Shown: positions 62,201-64,000 of the stretch, in pieces | Numbering within the stretch: position 1 is the stretch's first letter | Layout of the letters: every line of letters begins with the position of its first letter | NCBI RefSeq assembly: GCF_902459465.1 | Contig: NC_047062.1 | Location: 33,604,001 to 33,668,000 of the forward strand | Source: Asterias rubens | Lineage: Eukaryota | Length of the DNA: 64,000 nt | Direction of reading: 5' to 3' | Notes under the pieces: model-generated | What the model saw: the letters and a program-made list of their open reading frames with translations, nothing else | What the model was told of the DNA's origin: nothing | Databases searched by the model: none | Made by a program: the position numbers and the translations under genes

Positions 62201-63672
62201 AGAAAACAACTTGATTTAAAACTATTTTATAAATTTTTTAAGTAAGTCTTAAGTAAGTAAAGTTTGCTGTGTTAAAATCTATTTTGTGAGTAAGAGCCAG
62301 TTTCTGCTCGACTCTTTTGATCAGTGTGCTCTGACTGTCGTTTTGAGATTGCATGAAATCTTGTTTTTGAACAAATAGTTGTTACAAAAATAATTACAGC
62401 AGTTCATTACTTTTATATTATACCAATGTTTTTAAAATAACATGTATTCAAAATTCAAACTTGGGATGAGGACATTTTTTGAGAGCCCATTTGCCAATAA
62501 CTCCCAAGCTTGTACCACCATTGCAAAGGTTTATTAACAACAAGCTTGTACCACCATTGCAAAGGTTTATTAACAACAAGCTTGTACCAACATTGCAAAG
62601 GTTTATTAATAACAAGCTTGTACCACCATTGCAAAGGTTTATTAATAACAAGCTTGTACCACCATTGCAAAGGTTTATTAATAACAAGCTTGTAAAGGTT
62701 TATTAATAACATAAAGCTAGTTGGCAAAAGTTCTTAATTGTTTACAAGTTACCGGAATTGGAGGTAAAGTCTTATCCTCAGGTTTTCTTCCTTTAAATGG
62801 TTGCAATTGAGATGTTAACTTGTTTTATTCTCTTTAGATCATGATTCTTGTTGAGAAAACCAATGCTGATTGGTGGAGCATCCGTAAATCATCAGGTGAT
62901 GAAGGCTTCGTACCGGCTAATTATGTCAAGGAAACCCAACCAAGGATTGTTAAGAAGAAAGTACAGAAACGAGTCAAGGTACCAGAGAAGGTGAAAGTGA
63001 AGAAGACAAAGACGAGACGAGAGATGGTTCGGACTAAGAAAGTGAGGGGTAAAGGAGCGTCGTTGTCTAGAAGCTCAAGTTGTGAGTGCAGTTTGATCAT
63101 TGTATCTAGGATTATTCAGATTGGTATTCCAACTAATATATGCGCCCAGTCCCTGTATATAGAAAACAAAGCCTTTGGTTAGCAATAATATGGATTGACC
63201 TGCCCGATCTGTGGCGTGTCGCGTGGCCTATTGTTCTGGTTAACCAGACCCAAGCTCTGGTGTTAGAAGAACCAGAGTGTGGGTTTGAATCTTGGTCATG
63301 ACAGATGTGTCCTTCAGCAAGGCACTTAACCATAATTACTTCGTGAAAGGTTGGGAAGGTAGTGTGTTCTTTTTTACCAGCCAAGCTGCTGATGGATGAT
63401 ACCCATGCCTAAATCCTGCTATCCTGAAGTAGGAAATCTTTGTATTTTACAGTAAACTTCGGGCTATATATGAACTATTTTTGTCTTTTTCAGTAAGACG
63501 AAGTAACCACTTTGACAAGGAGAACATTGAGTTAAGACAGCAAGGTATTGATGGCACGTACAAACGTCTTCAGAAACTGGCCGTAGCTCGGAGACGCTAT
63601 CTTGAAGATGCCATCAAGTTGTTCTCATTTTACAGAGAATGTGATGAATTTGAAGTATGGATCAAAGAGAAG
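50282..63672 (+). CDS. SPTBN5: Beta-heavy spectrin (karst/SMA-1/SPTBN5-like), N-terminal part (continues right beyond the window)
   Basis: Exons 50282-50413, 51491-51658, 52280-52393, 53020-53090, 53475-53555, 54904-55019, 55605-55717, 56220-56407, 56828-57053, 57694-57828, 58290-58511, 59091-59299, 59943-60120, 60935-61135, 61249-61458, 61909-62118, 62838-63081, 63494-63672 join in phase. Two CH domains ([30 protein letters not shown]), spectrin repeats, and an SH3 domain ([18 protein letters not shown]) inserted among the repeats, which marks beta-heavy rather than conventional beta spectrin. Confidence 0.92.
50561..51372. repeat. 80/81-bp minisatellite, ~10 copies, spectrin intron
   Basis: tacaaag recurs at 50641, 50722, 50803, 50884, 50964, 51044, 51125, 51206, 51286 and 51366. 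Confidence 0.97.
54350..54600 (-). mobile_element. Dispersed repeat family 2 copy with partial hammerhead core
   Basis: Minus strand reads cagtctc-CTGAGGA-t-gactag agcaag ctagt, but the CGAAACG segment is missing. Confidence 0.6.
57915..58215 (+). mobile_element. tRNA-derived SINE
   Basis: gtggccgagcagttaag head, gcgggttcgac B-box and the family core. Confidence 0.78.
58576..58757. mobile_element. Palindromic (inverted-dimer) copy of repeat family 1
   Basis: ~85-bp arms with ~4 mismatches around a 12-bp centre: tatagaaaattttgcggtaacacc ... ggtgttaccgcaaacttttctata. Confidence 0.85.
59365..59700 (+). mobile_element. tRNA-derived SINE
   Basis: gggttcgaatcc B-box and ttgagcaaggcacttaa core; body matches the 7735 copy. 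Confidence 0.78.
60410..60670 (+). mobile_element. tRNA-derived SINE
   Basis: gcagagtgtgggttcgagtccc followed by the family core. Confidence 0.72.
61154..61207 (+). repeat. 54-bp intronic duplicate of a spectrin exon core
   Basis: 61154-61207 matches 61314-61367 with one mismatch. Confidence 0.92.
62506..62710. repeat. 36-bp tandem repeat, ~5.5 copies
   Basis: Unit aagcttgtaccaccattgcaaaggtttattaa(c/t)aac. Confidence 0.95.
63205..63420 (+). mobile_element. tRNA-derived SINE (3'-truncated)
   Basis: gtggcgtgtcgcgtggcc head, gtgggtttgaatc B-box-like motif and agcaaggcacttaacc core. Confidence 0.72.
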
Positions 63673-63792
63673 GTGAGTTTACTATTTATTATTTTAAGGT
63701 AACTGTTTAAAATGAAGAGGATGCCAAATGACAAATGAAGATCCGTCCAAATAATAAAAATAAAAAGTTTGAGTTTCTTTGCAGATATACCC

Positions 63793-63985
63793 TCAAGCCT
63801 CGAAAACACCCAAAGCATCCACAGCAAATGCCCTGTGGTGTTGCGGTGGTGCCCTCTGTAAAGTTCCAAAGCATCCACAGCAATTGCCCTGTGGTGTTGC
63901 TGTGGTGCCCTCTGTAAAGTTCCAAAGCATCCACAGCAATTGCCCTGTGGTGTTGCTGTGGTGCCCTCTGTAAAGTTCCAATTCA
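63793..63985. mobile_element. MITE (caggccttgaa family) with internal 57-bp tandem repeat
   Basis: Starts tcaagcctcgaaaacaccc; ctgtggtgccctctgtaaagttcca recurs three times; related to 28815-29157. Confidence 0.65.
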
Positions 63986-64000
63986 AATTTGGGACCGCTT

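Noticed and set aside
62448-62727. Overlapping short ORFs in four frames
   Set aside because: Product of the 36-bp tandem repeat in a spectrin intron.

Overview
This is AT-rich, intron-rich animal genomic DNA; gene structure and repeat landscape suggest an invertebrate deuterostome, most likely an echinoderm such as a sea star (inference). I reconstructed five spliced genes by hand from GT-AG junctions and reading phase. (1) The 5' part of a PME-5/tankyrase-like ankyrin PARP on the minus strand, running off the left edge. (2) BLOC1S3, plus strand, 3 exons. (3) A complete BBS1, plus strand, 14 coding exons. (4) A complete CYP46A1-like P450, minus strand, 12 exons. (5) The 5' part of beta-heavy spectrin, plus strand, running off the right edge. 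An intronless 379-aa orphan ORF lies between BLOC1S3 and BBS1. Introns carry tRNA-derived SINEs, L2/CR1 LINE 3' ends, several MITE families, a hAT-like element with a 5-bp TSD and many minisatellites. The most unusual signals are short dispersed repeats carrying Penelope-type minimal hammerhead-ribozyme motifs, a ~20-copy tandem array of tRNA-like Pol III promoter units in a BBS1 intron, minisatellites built from transposon-end/flank junctions, and exact intronic copies of exon cores. There is no prokaryotic system and no CRISPR array. All homology calls are from recalled protein motifs, not database searches. Repeat boundaries are approximate unless TIR/TSD coordinates are given.
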